From the NCBI GenBank assembly GCA_045587125.1, contig JAZNBN010000016.1:96728-160727 (forward strand): DNA of 64,000 nt, read 5' to 3'. The position numbers and the translations under genes are program-made. Shown here piece by piece: positions 18,610-26,768 of this stretch. The DNA is from Candidatus Enterousia sp. (GTDB lineage: Bacteria; Pseudomonadota; Alphaproteobacteria; Rs-D84). The number at the start of each line of letters is the position of its first letter. Within the stretch, counting starts at the first letter, position 1. The notes beneath the pieces were generated by a model. The model was not told where the DNA came from and made no database searches. It was given only the letters and a program-made list of their open reading frames with translations.

Positions 18610-19741
18610 ATCTTTCTAGTGTCGGTACTTGCATTGTTTTGTTCTTTTCAATCTCGATCATTGCGACTGTGAATGCATCGGTTCCATCTGTGCATTTGAT
18701 ATCGGGTGTATAACCGTTCAGTTCGAAATTTTCTGTAAATAATTCACGATATACACAGCCGACATTAAACTGCATATGTGAATGTGGTAATAATATGTCT
18801 GCATAGTTATAGCCATACACTTCGCCACCACGTGTGTTCGTTCCAACAAACCTTGCCTTTGGATGGTTGTGCAACAGAGTGCATATCAGTTCCCCTGATG
18901 ACATTACGCCACCGTCTATCAGAATATAAATTGGTCCATTAAAACCTGCACGTGTTGCATCAAATTTTGGTAATGTATCACCGTTGCTGTTGTCTGTGTA
19001 AATAATGGGGTCTGTCGTTGATTTAATATTGAATTTGGTGCCGTTTACATGTTCGTATATTTTTTTTACGGCATTTGCATCCGGGTTATTTCGAATATAT
19101 TGTCTGCGTGCAAATGGAAAGTTTTCATCGCCTAAAATATAACCCGCCATATCGGACAAAGGGGCACTATTGCCACCACCATTACCGCGCAGGTCAATGA
19201 TAAGTGTTTTTGATTGCAACAGAATTGTATGCCATTGTTTCTCAAATGTTTTGCGTTCCGTATCTGTCCATCCATATAGCGTTGGTACTGCTATAATCCC
19301 AACATCACCACGTTGTTCGGTATGGAATTTTTTGCCGCTTGCAATATTTTTTCCGACATTTGGTCTTGGTTTGCGCAGTGTGGTTCGGACACTCGTATCG
19401 TATCCAACCATACGTAAATTTATATGATTGTCTGGTATTATCTCAATCGCAGGGCGTATTTGTTCCAGCAGTTCTGCCGCCGTCATATCGTGTGCATTGT
19501 TGCGAATGTCAAGCAACGTCTTCAAGATTTTGCGTTTCAATATTTCGTCATGAAACGGCCAACCACAATATATATTTATTAAAACTCGTGCAAAAACTGA
19601 TACTTCATGTTGGAACTGCTCGGCGGTCAGTTTGGTGCTTGGGGTCTTAGATTTTTTGTTTCCAGCTTCAACCAAATCTTCTGTTTTGGAATCACGCAGT
19701 AATAATTCTTCCATTTCACTGATTGTTGGTATCTTGGTCAT
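18608..19741 (-). CDS. S41-family (C-terminal processing/tail-specific) peptidase-like protein, cytoplasmic
   Basis: IIDLRGNGGGN and IDGGVMSSGE motifs typical of S41 peptidases, no signal peptide or PDZ recognised. Confidence 0.65.
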   Translation of the reverse strand: MTKIPTISEMEELLLRDSKTEDLVEAGNKKSKTPSTKLTAEQFQHEVSVFARVLINIYCGWPFHDEILKRKILKTLLDIRNNAHDMTAAELLEQIRPAIEIIPDNHINLRMVGYDTSVRTTLRKPRPNVGKNIASGKKFHTEQRGDVGIIAVPTLYGWTDTERKTFEKQWHTILLQSKTLIIDLRGNGGGNSAPLSDMAGYILGDENFPFARRQYIRNNPDANAVKKIYEHVNGTKFNIKSTTDPIIYTDNSNGDTLPKFDATRAGFNGPIYILIDGGVMSSGELICTLLHNHPKARFVGTNTRGGEVYGYNYADILLPHSHMQFNVGCVYRELFTENFELNGYTPDIKCTDGTDAFTVAMIEIEKNKTMQVPTLER

Positions 19742-19751
19742 AAATTATCCT

Positions 19752-19810
19752 TTCTTTCCCGCAAATTATACCACAGGCAATCACACTTTGCATCACAGTT
19801 TTTGGTGTTT
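19752..19810 (-). promoter_or_regulatory. Promoter/leader cassette, copy 2
   Basis: Minus strand: CTGTGATGCAAAGTGTGATTGCCTGTGGTATAATTTGCGGGAAAGAAAGGATAATTTATG. Extended -10 at 19765-19773, with the RBS directly upstream of the S41 gene. Confidence 0.65.
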
Positions 19811-19815
19811 GTACT

Positions 19816-20871
19816 TTAACTATTCTGTTTTAATTTCTTAAAAAGACCTATCGCAACAGGGGTGTCTAAGTAATGTGAGCTTTGTTCAGTGGGCTGTGTT
19901 TCATATAATTCTTTATCGTTCTTTGGTGATACGTAAATCTTTTTTTGTAATCGCATAATTCGTTGTCCTAACATTCCATAATACGGATTTTGGTCATCGA
20001 TTCTGTGGCCGTCCTCGTGGGATAGTATCATCAGAAAATCTAGCAAGGGATTGCTTTCAATCAATGCGTTTGTTGTGATTCTTATCTGCTTAGTCGAATG
20101 GCTATAAGTATTTTTACCGTCATGGCTTGGCATAAAACCGCCAGCAACCCCAAATTTTTGTGCACTTGCATCTATTATGAGTTTGGCAAAATTATCGATT
20201 TCTTTTTGTGATAAATGTTCAAATTTTTGTGCCATATCAAAAAGATATTTGTTCTCAGATATAATATTCCAATATGTTTCTAATCGTTCGCCAGTAATAA
20301 AGTCTCTATTCCTTAAATCGGTTAACGTTATCATTTCTTGTGCATATCTTTTATTTAGCTCAATTATTGACTTGTTATCTTGCGGGGTAATTTGTGCTAA
20401 TTCTTTTTCATATTTGCGTTCCAATTTTTCTATTTCTGGGTCAAATGTAGAATAATTGGTGGCAGATATTTCTGGTGCGGCTTGCCATTCTGTATCTGCT
20501 TGTGCTAAATCGGGATATTGTGTTTTTAGAATTTCATATTCTTGTGTGTTGGTCGGATTTAAATTGTATTTTATTAGTATTGCACGTATTTTGTTTTCTG
20601 CATGAAAAGCGGCATTTATTTCATCCCATGTTTTCCAGTGTTTGATACTTGCGTACATGGTATCAAGGTCATCATTGAACATCGCTTTGAAATCTTGCCA
20701 AGTGTGATTTCTGTTGCCATATTTTTTGTATGCTTCATAAAACAGTTTATCCTCAGGTGACATTTTTTCTACTTGCATAATATAGTCCAAGAAAGGTGTC
20801 TGTGTTTCGTTGGCTTGGATTATTTTATTAATAATATTTTTTGTTGCGATATTGAATTGTTCTGCTTTCAT
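19816..20871 (-). CDS. Hypothetical protein with HExxH motif (putative metallopeptidase-like)
   Basis: ILSHEDGHRIDDQ near the C-terminus, helical N-terminal two thirds, no signal peptide. Confidence 0.5.
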   Translation of the reverse strand: MKAEQFNIATKNIINKIIQANETQTPFLDYIMQVEKMSPEDKLFYEAYKKYGNRNHTWQDFKAMFNDDLDTMYASIKHWKTWDEINAAFHAENKIRAILIKYNLNPTNTQEYEILKTQYPDLAQADTEWQAAPEISATNYSTFDPEIEKLERKYEKELAQITPQDNKSIIELNKRYAQEMITLTDLRNRDFITGERLETYWNIISENKYLFDMAQKFEHLSQKEIDNFAKLIIDASAQKFGVAGGFMPSHDGKNTYSHSTKQIRITTNALIESNPLLDFLMILSHEDGHRIDDQNPYYGMLGQRIMRLQKKIYVSPKNDKELYETQPTEQSSHYLDTPVAIGLFKKLKQNS

Positions 20872-20880
20872 TGTCTATCT

Positions 20881-20940
20881 CTTCTTTCCCGCAAATTATA
20901 CCACAGGCAATCACACTTTGCATCACAGTTTTTTGTGTTT
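20881..20940 (-). promoter_or_regulatory. Promoter/leader cassette, copy 3
   Basis: About 50 nt identical to copy 2 (TTTCCCGCAAATTATACCACAGGCAATCACACTTTGCATCACAGTTTTT on + strand), directly upstream of 19816..20871. Confidence 0.65.
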
Positions 20941-21075
20941 TGGGGGCATGGGGTGGGTACGGAGTGGAATCGCGCGCCCCAAATAAAATAAAACCCAACC
21001 GCCCGCACTTTTGTGTTCGCAAAAAGAAACGCTGGAATTTTAAGATTGTATACGGAAAAAGTGGATTATAATTAC

Positions 21076-21104
21076 TTGAAAAAAACAAAAACCTGCTTTA
21101 TAAT
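21076..21104 (+). promoter_or_regulatory. Sigma70-type promoter of the tyrS leader
   Basis: TTGAAA (21076-21081), 17-nt spacer, TATAAT (21099-21104). Confidence 0.55.
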
Positions 21105-21113
21105 AAATGAGAA

Positions 21114-21194
21114 ATGACAAAAAGTAGTTTGCATTTTAATCAGATTTCAGACGGTGCGCAATTTTGCGTACGTGGTTTTTATTACGCCTATTGA
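21114..21194 (+). CDS. Candidate tyrS leader peptide (26 aa, MTKSSLHFNQISDGAQFCVRGFYYAY)
   Basis: ATG-to-TGA ORF ending TTT TAT TAC GCC TAT TGA. The stop abuts the first arm of the alternative hairpins. The RBS is weak. Confidence 0.5.
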   Translation: MTKSSLHFNQISDGAQFCVRGFYYAY

Positions 21195-21263
21195 CCCCTT
21201 ATGGTGTTATGGGTTTGATCGGCTTTGGCACCATAAGGGGTATATGCCAAAGCCAATTTTTTT
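21195..21263 (+). promoter_or_regulatory. Antiterminator/terminator switch (attenuator) upstream of tyrS
   Basis: 12-bp stem 21195-21206/21229-21240 is mutually exclusive with the 9-bp stem 21221-21229/21246-21254, which is followed by T7. Confidence 0.6.
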
Positions 21264-21295
21264 ATTCATTAAACAAAAAACAAAGGATTTAAGTA

Positions 21296-22495
21296 ATGAA
21301 AACCAAAGAACAAATTATTGATGAAATTCTGGATAGGGGCATAATCGTTGATATTTTGCCATCGCGTGCGGAATTTAAGAAAAAATTATTAACCGAAAAA
21401 CTGCGCTTTTTTATCGGCGCCGACCCGACAAATACATCGCTGCACCTGTCGCATGCCAAGAACTTTATGTTATTGGAAGAGTTCAGAAAATTGGGACACG
21501 AAGTCTTTGTATTGTTCGGTGACTTTACCGCATGCATTGGCGACCCCAGTGACCGCAATTCTGCGCGCGCCAGATTAACACCGGAACAAGTACACGAATT
21601 TTCAGCAGACTGGGTGCGTCAAATCTCGCCAATTATCAACTTTAACGACCCAGACAACCCAGCCAAAGTGGTCTTTAATGGTGAATGGTTGAATAAACTG
21701 ACTATGCATGATTTGATTGAATTGTCGTCAAATACAACGGTTCAACACATGTTGGAACGTGATATGTTTCAAAAACGGTTGGCGAACAACCGGCCAATTC
21801 ACCTGCACGAATTCCTGTACCCAATTTTCCAGGGCTTTGATTCTGTTGCACTGGACGCGGATGTTGAATTGTGTGGCACGGACCAGACGTTTAATGCGCT
21901 GATGGGGCGGACATTATTGCGCAAATTAAAGAACAAAGAAAAATTCATTGTGTGCAATAACCTGATGGAAAATCCGATAACTGGCGAACTGATGTCAAAA
22001 TCACGTGGTACAGGTGTTTTCTTGAACACAGATGCAGACACGATGTTTGCGCAAATCATGGCGCAACCCGATGAAATGATACGCATATTGTTGATAAATA
22101 ATACACACGTTCCATTGTCGGAAATAGACGCGTTGGATATTGAAAATGAACCGATGCGTGCAAAACTGTTCACCGCACAAAAAATAACAGAAATATTCCA
22201 CGGTGCGGGCGCGGCGATTTTGGCACAGGAAAACTGGTGCAAAACATTTTCTGACCGGTCTTTCCCAGACAATGCACCAGAAATCAAAACCACGCAAGAC
22301 GAATTATCCGTAATGGAAATCTTGAAATTAGGTATGCCGGACGCATCAAACAGTGAATTGCGCAGACTTGTTACCCAAAACGCAGTTACTATAAACGATG
22401 ACAAGGCAAACGACCTAAATCAAGCATTCATAACCGATAAACCATTATGCGTGCGTGTTGGTCGTAAAATATTTTTCAAAGTCACAAAAAAATAA
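21296..22495 (+). CDS. tyrS: Tyrosyl-tRNA synthetase
   Basis: HIGH-type motif TSLHLSH, KMSKS-type motif LMSKSRG, C-terminal S4-like domain (ELRRLVTQNAVTIND). Confidence 0.88.
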   Translation: MKTKEQIIDEILDRGIIVDILPSRAEFKKKLLTEKLRFFIGADPTNTSLHLSHAKNFMLLEEFRKLGHEVFVLFGDFTACIGDPSDRNSARARLTPEQVHEFSADWVRQISPIINFNDPDNPAKVVFNGEWLNKLTMHDLIELSSNTTVQHMLERDMFQKRLANNRPIHLHEFLYPIFQGFDSVALDADVELCGTDQTFNALMGRTLLRKLKNKEKFIVCNNLMENPITGELMSKSRGTGVFLNTDADTMFAQIMAQPDEMIRILLINNTHVPLSEIDALDIENEPMRAKLFTAQKITEIFHGAGAAILAQENWCKTFSDRSFPDNAPEIKTTQDELSVMEILKLGMPDASNSELRRLVTQNAVTINDDKANDLNQAFITDKPLCVRVGRKIFFKVTKK

Positions 22496-22506
22496 AGAGG
22501 TAAAAA

Positions 22507-23508
22507 ATGGCAATATTGGAACGATTGGCAGAAATGCAAAATGCCCATGGTAAAAACCGTCTGGTAATGATACTGGACGGTATGGGTGTTGCGGTAATGA
22601 GTAAATTACTGGATGCAAATGGATTTTTTTGTCGTCATTTGGCGGACGTTGAAACGGCCATTATTCCTGCGACAACCGTGGCGGCAACAACCGCATATCG
22701 CACAGGCAAAATGCCGTGGGAAACAGGATTTATTGGTTGGGCGCAATATTATTCTGAAACAGACGAAGTTATCGAAGTATTCAGAAGTACAAACCTATAT
22801 ACAGGCGAAGTGTCTAAAATGCCCCAAACCACAAATACGCTACCGTGTAAAACAGTAGTTGAAGAATTGAATAACAAAGGTCGTTCTGCGTACGAAGTTA
22901 TGCCTGGCTTTGCCCCGGGCGGTTTTGATACGTTTGAACAATGGCTGGCACGTATTGTGGAATTGTGCAATACAGAATCTGACGCGTATATTTACGCATA
23001 CTGGACAGAACCAGATTCAACCCTGCATGAATTAGGCTCAGACGCCCCAGCGGTCAAAACATTGTTGCGCGATATGGAACAACAGATAGAATTTGCACTA
23101 AAACAGATTCGCAATAAAACGGATGTCTTGATAACAGCCGACCATGGGCATACAGATATTGAATCTTTGTTTGTTGACGATGTTCCAGAATTGCTGGACT
23201 GTTTGTTGCATCCATTGTCACTGGAAAGTCGTTGTGTGTCGCTGTTTATAAAACCAGAATCTCTGGCAGAATTTCCAGGCCTGTTCAATAAACACTTCGG
23301 CAAATGGTTCAAATTGGTGACCAAATCAGAATTTGAAAAACAATACCTGCATGCAGAATGTCCTGTGCGTTTTATTGGTGACTTTGTTGCGCTGGCAACT
23401 GATAAATATGACTTGAAACAGCGACCAGATACAATTGTTCTTAAAAGTCACCACGCAGGTATAACTTCAGACGAATTAGAAATACCGATTATAAAAATAA
23501 GTATATGA
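22507..23508 (+). CDS. Alkaline-phosphatase-superfamily enzyme (nucleotide pyrophosphatase/phosphodiesterase-like)
   Basis: MILDGMG, nucleophile region PATTVAATTAYRTG, ITADHGHTD. Starts 12 nt after the tyrS stop. Confidence 0.65.
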   Translation: MAILERLAEMQNAHGKNRLVMILDGMGVAVMSKLLDANGFFCRHLADVETAIIPATTVAATTAYRTGKMPWETGFIGWAQYYSETDEVIEVFRSTNLYTGEVSKMPQTTNTLPCKTVVEELNNKGRSAYEVMPGFAPGGFDTFEQWLARIVELCNTESDAYIYAYWTEPDSTLHELGSDAPAVKTLLRDMEQQIEFALKQIRNKTDVLITADHGHTDIESLFVDDVPELLDCLLHPLSLESRCVSLFIKPESLAEFPGLFNKHFGKWFKLVTKSEFEKQYLHAECPVRFIGDFVALATDKYDLKQRPDTIVLKSHHAGITSDELEIPIIKISI

Positions 23509-23541
23509 AATATTGAGTTTTTATAAATCGTAGTCTAAGAT

Positions 23542-24033
23542 ATGACAAAGGAAACCAAAATGTCAGAACGTGCAATGTTTAAGGGTGTAATTAACCTGAT
23601 TATAAAACAAGACGACAAAGTCTTACTGTTCTTTCGCAATGATGGATTTTTTAACTATGATGGTGGTTGGTGGGTTTTGCCGGCAGGACACATTGAACAG
23701 GGTGAAACTGCCATGGCAGCAGCCATACGTGAGGCAAAAGAAGAACTGGATATCGACATTGCGCCCGACGACATCAAATGCGTACACGTTACCAGCAATC
23801 TGGCCAGTCGCACAGAATCTTTTGATTTCTTTTTTGAGGTATCAAAATACACTGGCACAATTCGCAACTGCGAAGGGGATAAATGTGCCGATATGCAGTA
23901 TTTCACATTGGACGAAGTCGCCAAATTGAAGAACGTTGTTTCAACAACCCGTATATCATTGGCGGGATTGGCGCGTGGCGAAATATATTCCGAATGCAAA
24001 TCATATCGCAGTGAACAAAAGGATACAAAATGA
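23542..24033 (+). CDS. Nudix hydrolase
   Basis: Nudix box GHIEQGETAMAAAIREAKEELDI. Confidence 0.85.
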   Translation: MTKETKMSERAMFKGVINLIIKQDDKVLLFFRNDGFFNYDGGWWVLPAGHIEQGETAMAAAIREAKEELDIDIAPDDIKCVHVTSNLASRTESFDFFFEVSKYTGTIRNCEGDKCADMQYFTLDEVAKLKNVVSTTRISLAGLARGEIYSECKSYRSEQKDTK

Positions 24034-24812
24034 TAAAAGAACTAAGTTATTCTGCATATATTTTGCCGGTGCGTGATGGACAGGTCGCCTTGCTGAAATA
24101 CGGTGAAAATGGATACGGACCAATTGGTGGGCGACTGGATGATGGCGAAGATTTTTTGACTGCGCTGCGGCGTGAACTGACCGAAGAACTGGGCGATGGT
24201 GCAACAATGCTGGCAGATAGTGCGATTGAAATTCCGGTGCCATATGCATTTCGTCACCCAACCCCCGAACGGGCACAACGTCGTGGCACATGGGGCGAAG
24301 AACATCATTTTTATATCGTTCACGTCCCAGATGATATGGAATTGAATTTCTGCGAAAATCGCCCCGAAGAAATTTCGGTTGCATGGGTCGCACCAGACGA
24401 CTTATTAACCCCACAAATCACACCATTTGACGATATGCGTGAATTTTATTCGAACCACATATTACCGAACCTAAATTGTCGGTTTTCAATGAGCCTGCGT
24501 CCTGAATACTATGAAATGGTGCTTTCTGGCGAAAAAGATATTGAACTGCGTCTGTATGATGAAAAGCGTCGCAGAATGCACAACGGTGACACTGTTTTGA
24601 TTTACAACGCGCAAAATCGCAATGATTATATTCGTGCAAAGATCGTTCGCCTGCATATTGTGCGCAGTTTTGCAGACTTGGCCACAAAAATCAGTATGCC
24701 ACGCACAGGATTTGCGTCGTTAAACGCACTGATGTCTGCAATATCAAAATTCTATGATGCTGAAATGGAATCCAAATACGGTATTGTGGGGATAGAGTTA
24801 GAGGTTATATAA
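24030..24812 (+). CDS. Nudix hydrolase fused to a C-terminal ASCH domain
   Basis: Nudix box GGRLDDGEDFLTALRRELTEELG. C-terminal ~115 aa is ASCH-like (MSLRPEYYEMVLSGEKDIELRLYDEKRR...). The ATGA start overlaps the upstream Nudix gene. Confidence 0.8.
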   Translation: MIKELSYSAYILPVRDGQVALLKYGENGYGPIGGRLDDGEDFLTALRRELTEELGDGATMLADSAIEIPVPYAFRHPTPERAQRRGTWGEEHHFYIVHVPDDMELNFCENRPEEISVAWVAPDDLLTPQITPFDDMREFYSNHILPNLNCRFSMSLRPEYYEMVLSGEKDIELRLYDEKRRRMHNGDTVLIYNAQNRNDYIRAKIVRLHIVRSFADLATKISMPRTGFASLNALMSAISKFYDAEMESKYGIVGIELEVI

Positions 24813-25146
24813 CCACAAACTCGTTTAATTCCAGCCAATCAGTTTTCTGAAAATCGGGAAAGTATTTGTTAAAAAAGTCAATGTGGACCGTACGCCAGTA
24901 TGCCAGGGACAGGTCGCCTTCGCCCTCTATTTTTGCCCATGCGTCATCAATGTCACAAAACCGACACTTTCGAACGGCTGTAATTTGAATTCGTATTGTT
25001 TCGCCACGACTGTTATAGATTTCCTGAATGTCACCAATTTTTGCCATTGGTTCTTCGTCATAATTCCGGCTACAGGTTCCACGTTTGTGCCCATTGCGCA
25101 CCAGTTCAAACAATTCATCATTATCAAAAGTCCAACGGTTATCCAT
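24805..25146 (-). CDS. ASCH-domain protein
   Basis: ELVRNGHKRGTCS...IGDIQEIYNSRGE..IQITAVR...EGEGDLSLAYWR pattern of ASCH (YqfB-like) proteins. Confidence 0.65.
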   Translation of the reverse strand: MDNRWTFDNDELFELVRNGHKRGTCSRNYDEEPMAKIGDIQEIYNSRGETIRIQITAVRKCRFCDIDDAWAKIEGEGDLSLAYWRTVHIDFFNKYFPDFQKTDWLELNEFVVI

Positions 25147-25187
25147 GCGCTACACCATTTTCTGTGATTATAAGTTTATTAACCTCG

Positions 25188-25385
25188 TCACTCGCCACCA
25201 TTTATCCACGCCAGGCAACCGTCATATCTGTGTGGTTCCATCGCCAATGGGATACATAGAATTGGTTTGTTTGGGTCAATTATACTTTCAAATAATTTAT
25301 TTGAAATAATTGTTTGTTCGTCGCTACCACCACCAAGTATTATATGTATTATTGTTTCCCTTTGTTTAGTGTTTCTATAACCCAA
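25188..25385 (-). pseudogene. Possible N-terminal fragment of an S51/glutamine-amidotransferase-like peptidase gene
   Basis: IILGGGS...KPILCIPLA resembles the start of peptidase E-like proteins. Only 65 codons remain, and they overlap the end of the upstream Nudix gene. Confidence 0.3.
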
Positions 25386-25765
25386 TTTTTTATAACGGTT
25401 GGATACAGTTTTGTATCGGCCAGTTCCGATATTTTTATTTTTTCAAATCCGATTAAATCTTCCTGGCTGGTAATGTTTTCGGTGTTTATATCTACACGTT
25501 TAACAACTTCAATCCCGTACAGGAAATTTCCATTGGAATCATAGCCCTGATTTTCAATAGCCAATAAGATACCATCATGAATAGTGATGTCAGATTCTGC
25601 AACACCCATTTCTTCATTCAGTTCACGTGTAATGCACTGATTCAATGTTTCGCCAATTTCCAATCCGCCACCAGGCAAGAAATAATAACCGCCAGCCAAG
25701 TGCTTGCATAAAACGATGCTATCACCTTGCACAATTAAACATCTGCTTGTTGTTTGTGTTCGCAT
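25349..25765 (-). CDS. Nudix hydrolase
   Basis: Nudix box GGGLEIGETLNQCITRELNEEMGV. Confidence 0.85.
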   Translation of the reverse strand: MRTQTTSRCLIVQGDSIVLCKHLAGGYYFLPGGGLEIGETLNQCITRELNEEMGVAESDITIHDGILLAIENQGYDSNGNFLYGIEVVKRVDINTENITSQEDLIGFEKIKISELADTKLYPTVIKNWVIETLNKGKQ

Positions 25766-25784
25766 GACTATATTCCCCCTTGTT

Positions 25785-26630
25785 TTATCTTATAATCGTG
25801 TGCTTGAACCACTGTTCTTGGAAAGCGGTTTTTTGTTCAATATATTCATCTGCAAAATCAAACCCATCTGGTACAACAACCAGTTTGTCGTCATTATCAT
25901 TAGTACGGTGAATGATTGCGATACATCGCCCCAGAAAATCCTTTAACGGATAATCTGGTCCCAATACATATGCATCTAATTCTTCGCCATCGCCCGATAT
26001 GGTGTTTGGTATAAATCCATAATTCACTTCGTATGTAAAGCCGTGTTTTGGATGTTTACTACCCATGGGGCGGTCCATTTGTACACGAACTAATTTGCCC
26101 AAGAAATCACGTGCATTGACTGGTATGGGATTTACCATTTTCTGATAATTCAAAACCATATTAAACCCTGGAACAATAGACGGAATAAATTCATTGTCGT
26201 ACTGCATGTGTTGAATATCCGCCAGTGTTGCCCACTTGACGGATTGTACCTCGCTTGCCTGTGGTTTTAAATCAGAAATTTTAGCATTACTGTGCACTAG
26301 CCACACATCAACGAAATCCATCGGTCGCTTAATTGTGCCAACCAGTACAGATTTTTCGGGGTCTGGTGTCAGTCCTAACTCTTCCATTGTTTCGCGAACA
26401 CACGCATCCCAACTGGATTCGCCTGCGATTGCCCCGCCACCAGTCTGGCCCCACATGTTTGGAAATTTCTTGGCCGTACCCATGCGTTGTTGCAACAGGT
26501 ATTCGCCGGCATCATTTACAATCCATACATGCACAGACAGCTTGTTCAATCCGCTGGGGATTTGTTGTCCGCGTTCAATTGTTGAAACTGGATTGCGCAA
26601 ATTATCATACAGGGTGTTTTTTTCGGACAT
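25785..26630 (-). CDS. Nudix hydrolase fused to a short inorganic-pyrophosphatase-like C-terminal domain
   Basis: Nudix box GGGAIAGESSWDACVRETMEELGL. C-terminus has NYGFIPNT, GDGEELDAYVLG and NDDKLVVV, resembling family I PPase motifs. Confidence 0.7.
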   Translation of the reverse strand: MSEKNTLYDNLRNPVSTIERGQQIPSGLNKLSVHVWIVNDAGEYLLQQRMGTAKKFPNMWGQTGGGAIAGESSWDACVRETMEELGLTPDPEKSVLVGTIKRPMDFVDVWLVHSNAKISDLKPQASEVQSVKWATLADIQHMQYDNEFIPSIVPGFNMVLNYQKMVNPIPVNARDFLGKLVRVQMDRPMGSKHPKHGFTYEVNYGFIPNTISGDGEELDAYVLGPDYPLKDFLGRCIAIIHRTNDNDDKLVVVPDGFDFADEYIEQKTAFQEQWFKHTIIR

Positions 26631-26768
26631 TTAAAATCCTTATGGCTGGGGTTATAGAATCAGTATAGATTACAATATTTATGTTGTCAAAGTTTATGTA
26701 TGCTGATTTTTTCACAGCATACAATCCTTTTTAACATCTGTTGAATTTGGTTTATACTGAATTCCGGA

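Noticed and set aside
20941-20990. tRNA fragment in the GC-rich patch GGGGCATGGGGTGGGTACGGAGTGGAATCGCGCGCCCC
   Set aside because: Attempts to fold it as an acceptor/T-arm failed: there is no TTC-type loop and no complementary stems.
21105-21270. T-box riboswitch upstream of tyrS
   Set aside because: I could not find the conserved T-box 14-mer (AGGGUGGNACCGCG-like), an AG bulge or GNUGNGA elements, or a specifier-loop architecture. The leader is short (~185 nt) and is better explained by a Tyr-rich leader ORF with alternative hairpins. An Rfam scan would settle this.
21799-22404. Long antisense track ORFs inside well-supported genes. Other examples: 37635..38102, 43000..43599, 46228..46782, 54853..55413, 60034..60609, 32811..33281, 32977..33459.
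   Set aside because: They lie entirely within and opposite to genes with strong family motifs (tyrS, lgt, nrdD, holA and others) or within tandem repeats. They have low-complexity or atypical composition and no RBS, so I treat them as shadow ORFs.
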